A DNA stretch of 64,000 nt, from contig JAQFVV010000003.1 in the NCBI GenBank assembly GCA_028023455.1, forward strand, positions 7,316,001-7,380,000, read 5' to 3'. Below, piece by piece: positions 53,498 through 64,000 of this stretch. The DNA comes from Epiperipatus broadwayi. Lineage: Eukaryota > Animalia > Onychophora. Numbering within the stretch: the stretch's first letter is position 1; each line of letters begins with the position of its first letter. The translations under genes were made by a program, and so were the position numbers. The notes beneath the pieces were generated by a model. It did not search any database. It saw nothing but the letters and a program-made list of their open reading frames with translations, and was not told the DNA's origin.

Positions 53498-53778
53498 GAT
53501 TTAATATAAAAAATACACATAACATCTATATTAAAAAAAAGCTTTCTTAATTCTTTAAAATAAAAATGTAAAATATATCAATATATTATACTAAGCATGA
53601 CTACCAGTTAGTCGAAAGGATATGTTGATATATTTTACATTTTTATTTTAAAATATTAACCAAGCTTTTCTTAGTATACATGTTGTATATATTATTTATT
53701 TTTTATGTTTATTATATTGTATATATTATTTATATTAAACTACATTTTTCTGAGAAAAAGTTTAAAAGGTTGGAATTA
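53498..53778 (+). mobile_element. Fold-back element with degenerate hammerhead core at the apex
   Basis: Arms 53538-53586 / 53620-53668. Loop CUAAGCA-U-GACUA/CCAGU/UAGUC-GAAA. TSD CAAT(T/C)GTCT at 53489-53497 and 53779-53787. An empty site is present at ~48797. Confidence 0.65.
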
Positions 53779-56049
53779 CAATCGTCTAATTGTGGATGTA
53801 ATTAGTTTTTTCTTTATCTGTCAAGAATTTTTTACTTTAATTCTCAAAGGAATTTTTTGCTTTACTGATTTTAATTTACATTTTTTTTATTTGATTATCC
53901 ATGAACCAATATCTTTAACATCCATTACTCTACTACTTTTCTATGTTATTTATCTAATTATTGCAGCCAGTATTTATGATAACATATTTATATAAAATTG
54001 TGTTGCTTTGTGTAATAAATATTGTAGACAGTAGATGATTTTTTTAGGCTGGTTTAAAATTTTATTATGATTTTCATAGAACAGATTTGTGAAAAATGTA
54101 CTGTACCTGTTTTAGATTTTCATATAAGGTAATGAGTCTAAAAAAATAGAATATTGTAATAGTACATTTCAATCATTAAATGCTATTAAAGATATTCTTG
54201 AACCACTTTCAATTGGTCAAATATTTTAACACATAGCATTATTTGATCATTATTGATGCTTTTCACATTCTTATTTTCTACTTGTCAGTTATTTTTGGTA
54301 ACTGGTTAATTAATATGATTTATTAGGATTAAATATATTTACATAATATACAATCAATGAATATACTGCCTGGTATATAGTCTCAATTAATGCAGTGATA
54401 GACATGCCTGAAAATTCGACTCATTTCCAGCTGTATGTAACAGCTTGCCTCAAGAGTTTGTATAATGTCTCTTCTGGCTGTACCAGACAGCTTGCCTCAA
54501 GTCAATTCTGGTCTTGGCAGCTTCCAGTCCTATCATGGACTTGCTCACTGCATAGACCGATAGTGTAATGACTAAAAGGGAAATGCTCAATGTTAGCAGA
54601 GCTTTCAAGGAGAATGCTTACCATTGCTTAGGTTAGACAAATGTTCTCTGCCTTACCTCTAAAAAAACTGACTATTTTTTGCCAAATTCCAACCTCACTG
54701 GAAGCAATCATATTCAGAGAGTATCACTGCTTATTGGCCCATATTAACCATTGGCTGATTTTTATATATCTGTTTGCTCATTGACTACTGGCAGTGAATG
54801 CTTAATCCAAACTGATCTGGAAGGAATCTGGTCTAATTCACTCCTGAAGGTAAAGTGAAATACAACATTAACCATCTCTGTTTCCAAATTATTGGTTAAG
54901 CTTCAGTTAATTACTCTTTACTGGTAATAACATTTTCAATACACAGACAAGTAGCTGCTTCTTGCTTGCTATTATTCCATTTTAGACTTAATCACTGCTA
55001 GTCGATCTACTAGTCTACCATTGACCATTCTTTACTGCTGAACTGTTATCATGTCAAATCAATATTAACTTTAATACAGTCTAACCATTTTAGCTGCTTC
55101 TTTTCTCTTCTTCATTTACTGGGGGATAAATAAATATATATGATCTAATTTGTATGCAACTAGTTTTATTTGTATGCAAAGATCTATAATTTTGGTATGT
55201 TCTCTCCAGCGAATTTCTAGAATAAATTTGTCCAATAAAGAGAATGTTATTTAAGTGAAGAAATCGATGTGTATTTGCTAAAATAAATAATCTTTTGTTT
55301 ACATATACAGTTTTATGCATGTGGAAATTTTATATAGTCAACCAAATAATAATGATTATAATAATCATAATAATTGGACTTCTAGACAATATATACTCTA
55401 AGAGAGATACTAGAATTTTTTCCCCTGAAGTTTTATTTTTTTACTTAAAAAGGAATATTTGAATCATATGACTATCAACTGACATTATTGATGTTTTTGT
55501 TTCCTATTATGATTTTGTGTTCCTGGAGTTTTAATAGATTGTATGCCATCATATTTAAGATATGCTTTAGTAACCGTAATTATTCTACTTACTCCAGTTA
55601 ATAATTAATGTAAGGTATAGCTGCACATTCAAAATTTTTCAATAGTTGCTGTTTTAGTACAATAACAAATACTTTCCTCAGAGCTTCTTCTTTCTAAAAT
55701 CCTAAAAATGTGTGAAAAGTGTGAATTAAGAAAATTAAACAATATTTAGAAAAAGATATTGGAGGATAAAATATTTTTTTAAAACTTCTTAACCAATAGA
55801 ATTTGAGAATGAGGAGAAAATAACAAAAAAAATGATGATTTTAAATCTCACCACACACATTCTCATGACTTGAGAAGAAGTTCTGAGGAAAGTACTTATT
55901 ATTATACTGAAATGCCAGCTATTTAGCTATTATATTTTTATTACATGGAAGCTCCAAGAAATTTTATTATGAATTCATCATTTATCCATGAAAATTAATA
56001 TATATAAATTATTATGTTTTGGGCTAAACCATGTGTTATTTTCCATTAC

Positions 56050-56860
56050 ATATTGATATTTCGACGAACTAGCATCCGTCATTGTCCAGGTTAACTTTTG
56101 AAAGTAAAATCATTAGATCTCAAACAGTAATGTGACTGAGTGAGAGATGAGAAATGAGAGTCAACTTGAAGTAGTTCAGCATTCACAATATGAGGCTTAT
56201 CAAAGTGTTTATTTCCCTCAGTTTTTTCACCTATTAATTTTAAGTTAATATTAGAAGACAGAGATAAAATGAGAGGTTTCCACATTGCTAGAATACATTG
56301 TGCTTCATCAGCCCTATTTAAACCAGTAGGTCTCTTTAATATTTCAATTGACTCCTCATGTTTCTTAAATCATACCTTTCCAAATTTAACATGTATTTTT
56401 GCATTGTCAAAGTTAGGTTTGTGACCAATTTCTTAAAAAATGGGAAGTAAAAACTGATGTCTTAATTTTCTGATTGAAAGCATTTATATGTTTCTTAATT
56501 CTAACATTTATTTGTCTATTAGACTGGCCTACATAGATTCTTAAGTACTGCAAACATGGAATTTCATAACCCCCCTGATGTTCCAAAAATACTCTGTCTT
56601 TAGGTTTGTGTAAAAAATCACCAATTTTCTTGCCAGTAAAAAAAGTTGTCTTTATATTAAAACTAGACAGACTTCTACTGATCTTATCAGTAACTCTTTT
56701 AATATAAAGTAAAACCACTCTATTATAGATGAATTGTCAATTCTATCCTCTTTTTTCCCTTTAGCATCAATGCTATGTAAAGCCTTACATATAATGTTTC
56801 TATTATAATCATTAGAAAGTAGAATATTTTTTGGAAGTTCTATTTCTTGACTTTAGATCT
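56050..56860 (-). mobile_element. 5'-truncated Penelope-like element
   Basis: RT-thumb remnant (SNDY..II), GIY-YIG domain, C-terminus ESIEILKRPTGLNR...W, and a degenerate hammerhead at 56055-56090 (stem GACGGA/UUCGUC followed by GAAA). Confidence 0.85.
56413..56718 (-). pseudogene. GIY-YIG endonuclease domain of a Penelope-like element
   Basis: LLYIKRVTDKISRSL...GGYEIPC...IYVGQSNR...RIKKH, the PLE GIY-YIG signature. Frameshifted at both ends. Confidence 0.85.
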
Positions 56861-57381
56861 AATGTCTGAAATCCTAACTCCTTACTGAGGTGAGCCATAA
56901 GCTTGAAACCAATTGGTCTGGAGATGAGGATTTTCTGGTAGAGATTTTGAATTCTTTCTCTTTCGGCACTTATAATTTAAAACTTGTTAGAAGTTACTAC
57001 AAGCTTAAAAGCAAGTTACACAATTTTTGTCTTGTTTTATTAATTATTATAAGGGTATATTATAAGTGTACCCTTGATGGCTATTGTGATGTTATATTGC
57101 TTTGGCTATTAATATATGGCGAAACTGAACTGATTTCAGACCCATATAGCTATCTGGTTTATAAGGCTGGATTTGAAGACATTTATGTGTCTGAAAAATT
57201 CAAGTTTTTAAATTGATAGGTGCTGATGCTTGAGTTGGAGTTTATATCTAGTGTCTGAAATCCTAACTCCTCACAGAGGTGATTCATAAGCTTGAAACCA
57301 ATTGGTCTGAGGATGAGGATTTTCCGGTAGAGATTTTGAATTCTTTCTCTGTCGGCACTTATAATTTAAAGCTTGTTAGGA
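56857..57381 (+). mobile_element. Retrozyme-like tandem: 135-bp direct repeats at 389-bp period, each with a type I hammerhead
   Basis: 56857-56992 matches 57246-57381. UCCUCA-C(U/A)GAGG-U-GAGC/CAUAA/GCUU-GAAAC-CAAUUG-GUC^UGAGGA, with distal AAAUCCU/AGGAUUU pairing. Confidence 0.75.
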
Positions 57382-60300
57382 GCTAGTGGTAAGCTTCACC
57401 TAGTGAACATTAAAGCAAGTTAAAATTATAACTATTCTAAATTAATCTTTATAATTAATCCTTAAGCATATTTTTATTGTGATTTAAAATAATTTTGAAC
57501 AGCTTGATTAGTTATCATTAATGAATATAGATAGAGAAGTATTAATTGTATACACATACCAAGCTTTAATTGGTCTATTTTTTGTACAACAATGGTCTTT
57601 GCTAAAGGTATAAATAAGCTGACATAGACAATATAGGGGAAATTAAAAGAACAAGAGAAAAGACAACAACCTCTAAATTATAACAGAATTTAAAACCAAG
57701 AAAAAGCTGAAAATTAATAACATTGGATTTTAATTTGAACCAAATTAAAATGTTAGTCAATTATATTTTGACTCATAAATAATGGAGTACAGAATCTCGA
57801 TAACTTGCATGCATTTGACCTATTGTTCCATCGTTTGACAATTGCCAGGATTTCACATTTAAAAAATGGGAACCATTTTGGAAAACAAATACTTCACTAA
57901 AAGGGATTTCAAATTTAAAACCATACAAGAAATCGTAAGCATGAAATTTTATTCTATATATTACTACAATTTTAATTATTATATTTTTTATGTGTGTTTA
58001 AAGATTAAGGATGATTTGTTTGAAATGGCAAGAAGAGAGAAAAGAAAAATATTCTGTGTCATTCATTTGTAAAATAAATATAAAATACTTTTTGCCTTTA
58101 TTCGAAATGTAATACGAAACAGATTACAAATAATTAGAACAAAACTTTCTGAATTTAAATTTTAAAAAATGAAATTGACTTTAAATGATATTAAAATTCA
58201 CATATATTATAATGCGTGAATTTAATTTATATTTTTATCAAAATATTATTCTGATAATTTTTTTTTTAATGTTTGTTTACTTAGTTGTTAAAAATGAATA
58301 TTAGAATACACTTACCATATTGGTAAATGCAAAGGATATTTAACTTATAGCTTAATTGAATATACTTAATGCAAATCTTGATGAAAGAAAACAATAACAA
58401 TTTATAATAGTATTATGAAAGAAAACGTTTAAAGATGAAAAAAAAGTAAATAGCAACTTCTTAATTACTATTGTGAAATGCTGGAGTTAACACTAGTTTA
58501 AAATATTAATAAAAAGATTTTATAATACTTTAAAATGCAGGAATCATTTTTAATTATTCCAATATATTACCATGAGTGGAAAAATCATAAAGATTGTTTT
58601 GAGAAAAATTTTCTTTTGCAGTCAAAGTTGAACATATTATTTAAGCTACAGCTTAGTTTTTAAAAAAAAAAACAGACCCAAAATTTTGAAAAAAATATTT
58701 ATAAGCATTACTGTATGGTTGTTTTGTTTTCCAGAAAGTCTTAAATGTTTTATTTACTTTACCATAATAAAATATGAAGAATATGAATGTGTCACCTTGT
58801 AAAATAGTTTACTGGTCAACAATGACATCATTCACCCTCGTCAGTCAGCTTATAGCAAGGAATTTAAATTACAGACTATGGGAATAAAATAAAATATAAT
58901 GATTTTTTTATTGTTCATGTTTATTATTATCTTAGTGGATATGCTATTAAGATATATATATATTCTTTTATTTATGGTATAAATATGCAATGACTCTGAA
59001 AACAGATTAAGGTAAAATTATATATATATATTCTTACTGGTTGGTTTAAAGTTATATTAAATTAGGCTTGTCTAGATAGAGAGATACATATATCTTATAT
59101 TTATGAGAATTGTTTATTGACATTCTATCTATGGGTAAACAGACAGAATAATTTGTCAAAAGCATAATAGTATTTACTTATGATGACATAATTATTTTAT
59201 TATATGGAGTTTTCCATATAACCAGGTATACATTCATTTTATATTTTTATTATATTTTGCCTATAATTTAGAATGTCCACTTTAGTTTATAGAATTTATA
59301 CTATTTTTTATTGACTGTGTGTTTTTATTATTGCAAATTTATTATGCTTTTTAAAATATTTTATAGATGTTTGACTTACAGTATGTTTGTTAGCTTCATA
59401 CACTATCTAACATATGCATTGTTTGAGGTTGGATATTTATCTTTTTAGCTTTTAATACAAGAATTATTTTATCTTGACATTGTTTTGATGAGAATTTGTG
59501 TTTGTTTCCATTTGATAAATATGAGAAACATAATTTTACTAAATTTTGTATCATTGATATTATGCATTGGTAGATGAAGTATATTCTCCCATTGCTTATT
59601 CCATGAGAGGATTATATTGTTGAGGCTTATAATTATTTTATGCTTAGCTAATATAGTTTAATCCCCAGAGAGGATTGTTTTCATGGTATGCATTCTGTTC
59701 TCCTATGTTGAGACAATGTCCATACATTTTGTACCTAGGAAAAAGGTATTGGAACCTTCCATATTGTTATACAATTATATAATGTTATTCTGATGAGCCT
59801 TTCTTTATTGTCTGATCCCTCATGATGAGATCTAGTTATTTTCCACTATGTATGGTGAAGTTCTTGCTGTTTTAAAATTGTGTGGCAATGATAAGGTAGA
59901 GTTAGCTTCAGGGACACTTGTTTATCTATAGTGTTTAGCTAAATGAAAGTAGTGTATATATTGTGCTGTTGTACCTTGTCAACAGTTTTCAAGCAAATCA
60001 ACAAAATTTATTAGTAATTTTAAAACTTATCTTGTGTGTCACATAATAAGAGATATACATATGCAATGTCATTTCATTTCCATCAAGCAGTTGTTTGCTG
60101 GCGGATTGGTAAAACATGTCAATAGTTAAGATCATTATTCTATGGATATAGGCAAAGTTTAGTATCCAGTATATATTTGATTTCTGGAGTTTGTTCACAT
60201 ATTTATATAATTAATTGCTTCATGCTAAACAGTAATTATTTCATTTGTACTTCATATGATAATTGTCATTATCATATTACTTATGAGTAAAGTTCAGTTA

Positions 60301-60554
60301 TACTTTAATGCTGTCAATAGCATACTATAGATGGATATTATAAATAACAGTTACTAGACATATCAGTGCATCCAAATTGTTAATAAATCTAAAGGGAATG
60401 TACCTGTAACCAAATGAATATACCTTGTTATATGTTGTTTCTGAAATATATGTTTTTAGTTATTTATTATTATTGTATAAATTGTAAATAGTGTAAATAA
60501 ATCTTTTTGTTTGAAAATATATTAAGTTGTTTGTGGCCTTATTGCTAATCATCC

Positions 60555-60724
60555 ATATTATTATTATTATTATTGCTATCAACACATTATCTTATTGTTT
60601 TAAAATATTATTTTATTATTATTTTATTATTTTATATTATATTTATTATTATTATTATTATTATTTTATTATTATTTTATTTTATATTATTTTTTATATT
60701 ATTTTATTATATTTTTTTTATTTT

Positions 60725-60755
<31 letters not shown>

Positions 60756-60900
60756 TATATTTTATTATTTTATTTTTTATTATTATTTTATTATTATTTT
60801 ATTATTATTATTATTATATATTATTATTATTATTATTTTATTTTTTTTATTATTATTATTATTATTATATTTTATTATATTATTATTATTATTATTATAA
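60555..60900. repeat. (TAT)n low-complexity tract
   Basis: Degenerate TAT/TATT repeats that generate spurious poly-Tyr/Ile ORFs. Confidence 0.95.
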
Positions 60901-61678
60901 TTATCTTATTGTCTTAAAATCATCATCAATCAATATAGTAGATTTTATTACACATTAAAATATCACAATGAGTTTTGGTAAGCTCTTATATTTAAAGTAC
61001 ATTTAGAATTTATGGCTTATTGATCAGAAAACTGTTGATTTCAAGCACGTCTTATTTTAAATAATATTTTAATGATCTATTGGTTTTGGAATAGTATGTT
61101 TATCTAAATCATTAGATACACGATTCAGTAATCTTGATCACATGGTCCATAATCATTAAATAAAATGTAATGCATAGATTATTATACTGACTTTATTAAG
61201 AATACATGAAAATCTCATGAAATTTAAAGTCCATTTATTAGTAATTTCATATTTGTTTCATGAGCTATCTCTGGTTATTATATTTGATAGTGGCAAAATC
61301 CTTCTCACTGATCCAAATATATCTTTAAAAATAACAATGTTTAAGCATTTGAACTCTGGGATAATTAATTTACTGATTAATAATTTCAGATTTAACTATA
61401 TTGTTAGTTTTCATCTCTTAAATTATTTATTAGGTTTTGATTTGAGTTTTTATGTTTACCTTCACTGTTTTATTGATTCAGTATAGCTTTAAACTGTAAA
61501 TTTTTCTTTTATTTAGAATTAAACCACTAAACATCATATGATCACTACCTCTATACTAGCACATAATTGTTGTAAACAAAGGCAAAACTCTCCATACAGT
61601 AGTGGCACCCTATGCCAAACAGAGTAATCAATGGATGCCAGAAGGATTGTGCATAAAATCCCTATCTAGTGCCTACTC

Positions 61679-61737
61679 ATCCAATATCCCCAGACTAGTT
61701 TCTGGCTTGTGACCATCATCAGTGAGGAGCCTTGGAT
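61679..61737 (-). ncRNA. Type I hammerhead ribozyme (left arm)
   Basis: Reverse-complement copy of the 61793-61851 motif. Stem II UGGU/GCCA is still paired through a U-G. Confidence 0.85.
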
Positions 61738-61792
61738 CTAGGTTGTGGCCATCATCAGTGAGGAGCCTTGGATCTAGGTGCAGTGCTCTCAG

Positions 61793-61851
61793 ATCCAAGG
61801 CTCCTCACTGATGATGGCCACAAGCCAGAAACTAGTCTGGGGATATTGGAT
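61793..61851 (+). ncRNA. Type I hammerhead ribozyme (right arm), predicted cleavage after C61837
   Basis: AUCCAA-GGC-UCCUCA-CUGAUGA-UGGC/CACAA/GCCA-GAAAC-UA-GUC^UGGGGA-UA-UUGGAU. Complete core, two-part helix I, and palindromic ACUAGU helix III. Confidence 0.88.
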
Positions 61852-63011
61852 GAGTAGGCACTAGATAGGGATTTTATGCACAAGCCTTCTGGCATCCATT
61901 GATTACTCTGTTTGGCACAGGGTGGTACTAATGTATGGAGAGTTTTGCCTTTGTTTATTTAGAATTCATAATCTATTTTAATTTGGAAATTAAATATTTT
62001 ATTTCATTTTAATCAAGCTTACTTAATTAGATACATTCTTGATTATTAACCACTTAATAAAAATATAAATTAAATCAATCTTTTAGTATCATATTTTAGG
62101 CTTTAGTAATTGGTATAATTAAGGTAATTTAATTAATATTAGATTTAGTCCGTAGTGCACTTTGTGACTTTCCCCAAAATTTGCATATGCTAGCCAGCTA
62201 ATTTTCATATAGTACATTATATGGTCTTTTATCTTAAGAATTATGTTTTATGCACATGCTATGATATTCAGAATCCCTTTATTATAGATGTTTAATTTTT
62301 TGTTCTGTGTGTTTAGTGTGCGCTTCTTTTTATATTGATTATTGCCTTGGGTTGGAGGTTACAATATATAAAATAAAAAGAAATACATTTATAAAATAAA
62401 TTCACACTGTGTATATATATATATAACTAAAAAATGCAAAAAAATGAAACAAAATAAAATAAAAAATTCACTTTTGTTTATACTTCTGTTAATATATCTT
62501 TGGTAATTAAAGAATTATTCAGGAAAATTTGAAGAGCAAATTGAAACTTTATTTAGAGAATAAAATAATTTTTTAATGAAAGCTATGAGGGTATTTATAT
62601 ATATATAATATCCTCAAAACTTTTTTAAAATTTTATTTAGATATTTATAAAATTGTTAATATAAACTTTACCTTGTATATATAAAATAATAAGTGAAATG
62701 GAAATAGAACCAAATGATGCAGTTTGCTAATAATCCCGCATGTCAATTTCTCTTATCAGATCAGCCTTAGAAAAAAGAACTAATTGTTGTTAAAAATCTG
62801 CAGAAATAGAGCATCTGTATTAAAAAATACAGTACAGTATTCTATAAAAGTAATTACAGTATTTATATTTAACAATAAAATTGCTCTGGCCTAATTAAAT
62901 ATATGTTAACGGAAAAAGAATAAAGTTGCATTTTATGAAATAGTTAGTGTCACTTATTTAACATGGGACAAATAGAATTTAATTTTGTGAGTGCAGTATA
63001 TATAAATGTAA

Positions 63012-63179
63012 AACCACTAAACATCACATGATCACCATGTCTTATGCTAGCATATAACTGTTATTAAAACAAGCAAAACTCTCCATACAGTAGTGCCACT
63101 CAACAAGCCTTCTGGCATCCATTGATTACTCTGATTGGCACTGAGTGGCTCTACTGTATGGAGAGTTTGGCCTGTTTTA
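63012..63179 (-). mobile_element. Fold-back element, family HH-A, copy 3 (no ribozyme)
   Basis: Same tail and arms as copies 1-2, with the centre missing. 14-bp TSD ATATATAAATGTAA at 62998-63011 and 63180-63193. Confidence 0.9.
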
Positions 63180-64000
63180 ATATATAAATGTAACCTGTAG
63201 AGGTTTTTTTAAAAAAAAAATTTAAATTAAATGTTTTTCTAAAGATTTTATATAGGTAATGCAAGTAATGATTTTATATAAGCACTAGATTGCAGTTGAA
63301 AATTGGGGAAATCTTAAGATATTTGAATCTATCAGCATTGTTTTTGTCTTTGGAAAAATAATAATTTGAAAGCATTGGTAATAGACTCTTTGGCATTGCA
63401 GTCTTTAATTAAATCTTCCCTTTTTTTTTGGCAATAAATAATCTGCTTTCAGAAATAGAATTTAGAAATACATGTTTACCCTTAGAAGTTTTGCAAAAAG
63501 TCATTAAGTGATGATTAACAGATTAAATTGGGGAAAGTATAAATCCTACATTTAAGTGATTGGTGTCATTCTTTTCTAATTTTATCCCATTTTAAAATAA
63601 TATTGTCAGAATTTCAAAACCACTATATATATTTTATGGGAAGAAATATTAGAAATAAGTATTTTTCCATAAACTCCATCAAAATACTGTACACAAGTTG
63701 AGTGAGCCCTGAAGGATTGGGCAGCAAAGGCAGGGGTGGGTGCTAATAAAATTAAAATTTGATAGCAATTGCCTAGTCATTTCATGTATGAGGCTTGTCC
63801 TGGTTCCATAGTATATAAAAATCATACGGATAAACAATATCATTATATTTAGAAGAATTGGCCAACATGTACCTTAATAATTCCTCACTAAAAAGTCCAA
63901 CAGTAATCCATTTGTCAACTTGGGTAAATCCTTCTCAGAACATCAAATTAAGATTTATATAAAACTTTGTTAAAAGGACAGCTAAATAAACTGAAGTCAC

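Larger units (their letters stand above)
61521..61953 (-). mobile_element. Fold-back hammerhead element, family HH-A, copy 2
   Basis: About 165-bp arms, a 53-nt unpaired left tail, an internal partial duplication at 61741-61777, and a 13-bp TSD TTTATTTAGAATT at 61508-61520 and 61954-61966. Confidence 0.92.

Noticed and set aside
56265-56325. CUGAUGA...GAAAC on - resembling a hammerhead
   Set aside because: It lies inside the Penelope coding frame (LNRADEAQCILAMWKPL), stem II is imperfect, and there is no NUH/helix I.
60527-60958. 143-aa and 114-aa ORFs
   Set aside because: These are translations of a (TAT)n low-complexity tract.
1-64000. CRISPR array, prokaryotic operon or rRNA
   Set aside because: No regularly spaced repeat-spacer units, dense gene packing or rRNA-like sequence. 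The content is eukaryotic repeats.

Overview
AT-rich, CpG-depleted eukaryotic DNA, probably from an invertebrate animal (inference), made almost entirely of transposable elements. No complete host gene was recognised. Coordinates and alignments were done by eye and may be off by a few bases. (1) A young but disabled Ty3/Gypsy provirus (156-10336, +) has ~1.78-kb LTRs, a tRNA-Pro PBS, a PPT and a decayed gag-pro-pol, and sits in a (TA)n microsatellite. (2) An older related gag-only LTR element (10589-18056, -) carries an internally deleted PHD-finger LINE in one LTR. (3) Decayed RTE, L1/Tx1-like, Mag-like Gypsy, Merlin, hAT-like and Penelope (GIY-YIG) remnants are present, plus two tRNA-Gly(TCC)-derived mini-SINE copies. 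The most notable signal is at least seven unrelated short elements carrying type I hammerhead ribozyme cores or remnants (near 19.2, 23.3, 32.6, 47.6-48.4, 49.5, 53.6, 56.1, 56.9-57.3 and 61.7-61.8 kb). Most share one architecture: a 12-14-bp target-site duplication, a 40-55-nt unpaired tail, and a fold-back inverted repeat whose arms or apex hold the ribozyme. Two also form retrozyme-like tandem units of 389 and 478 nt. The best reading is a set of non-autonomous, Penelope-mobilised, ribozyme-bearing hairpin retroelements (inference). Ribozyme activity is untested.
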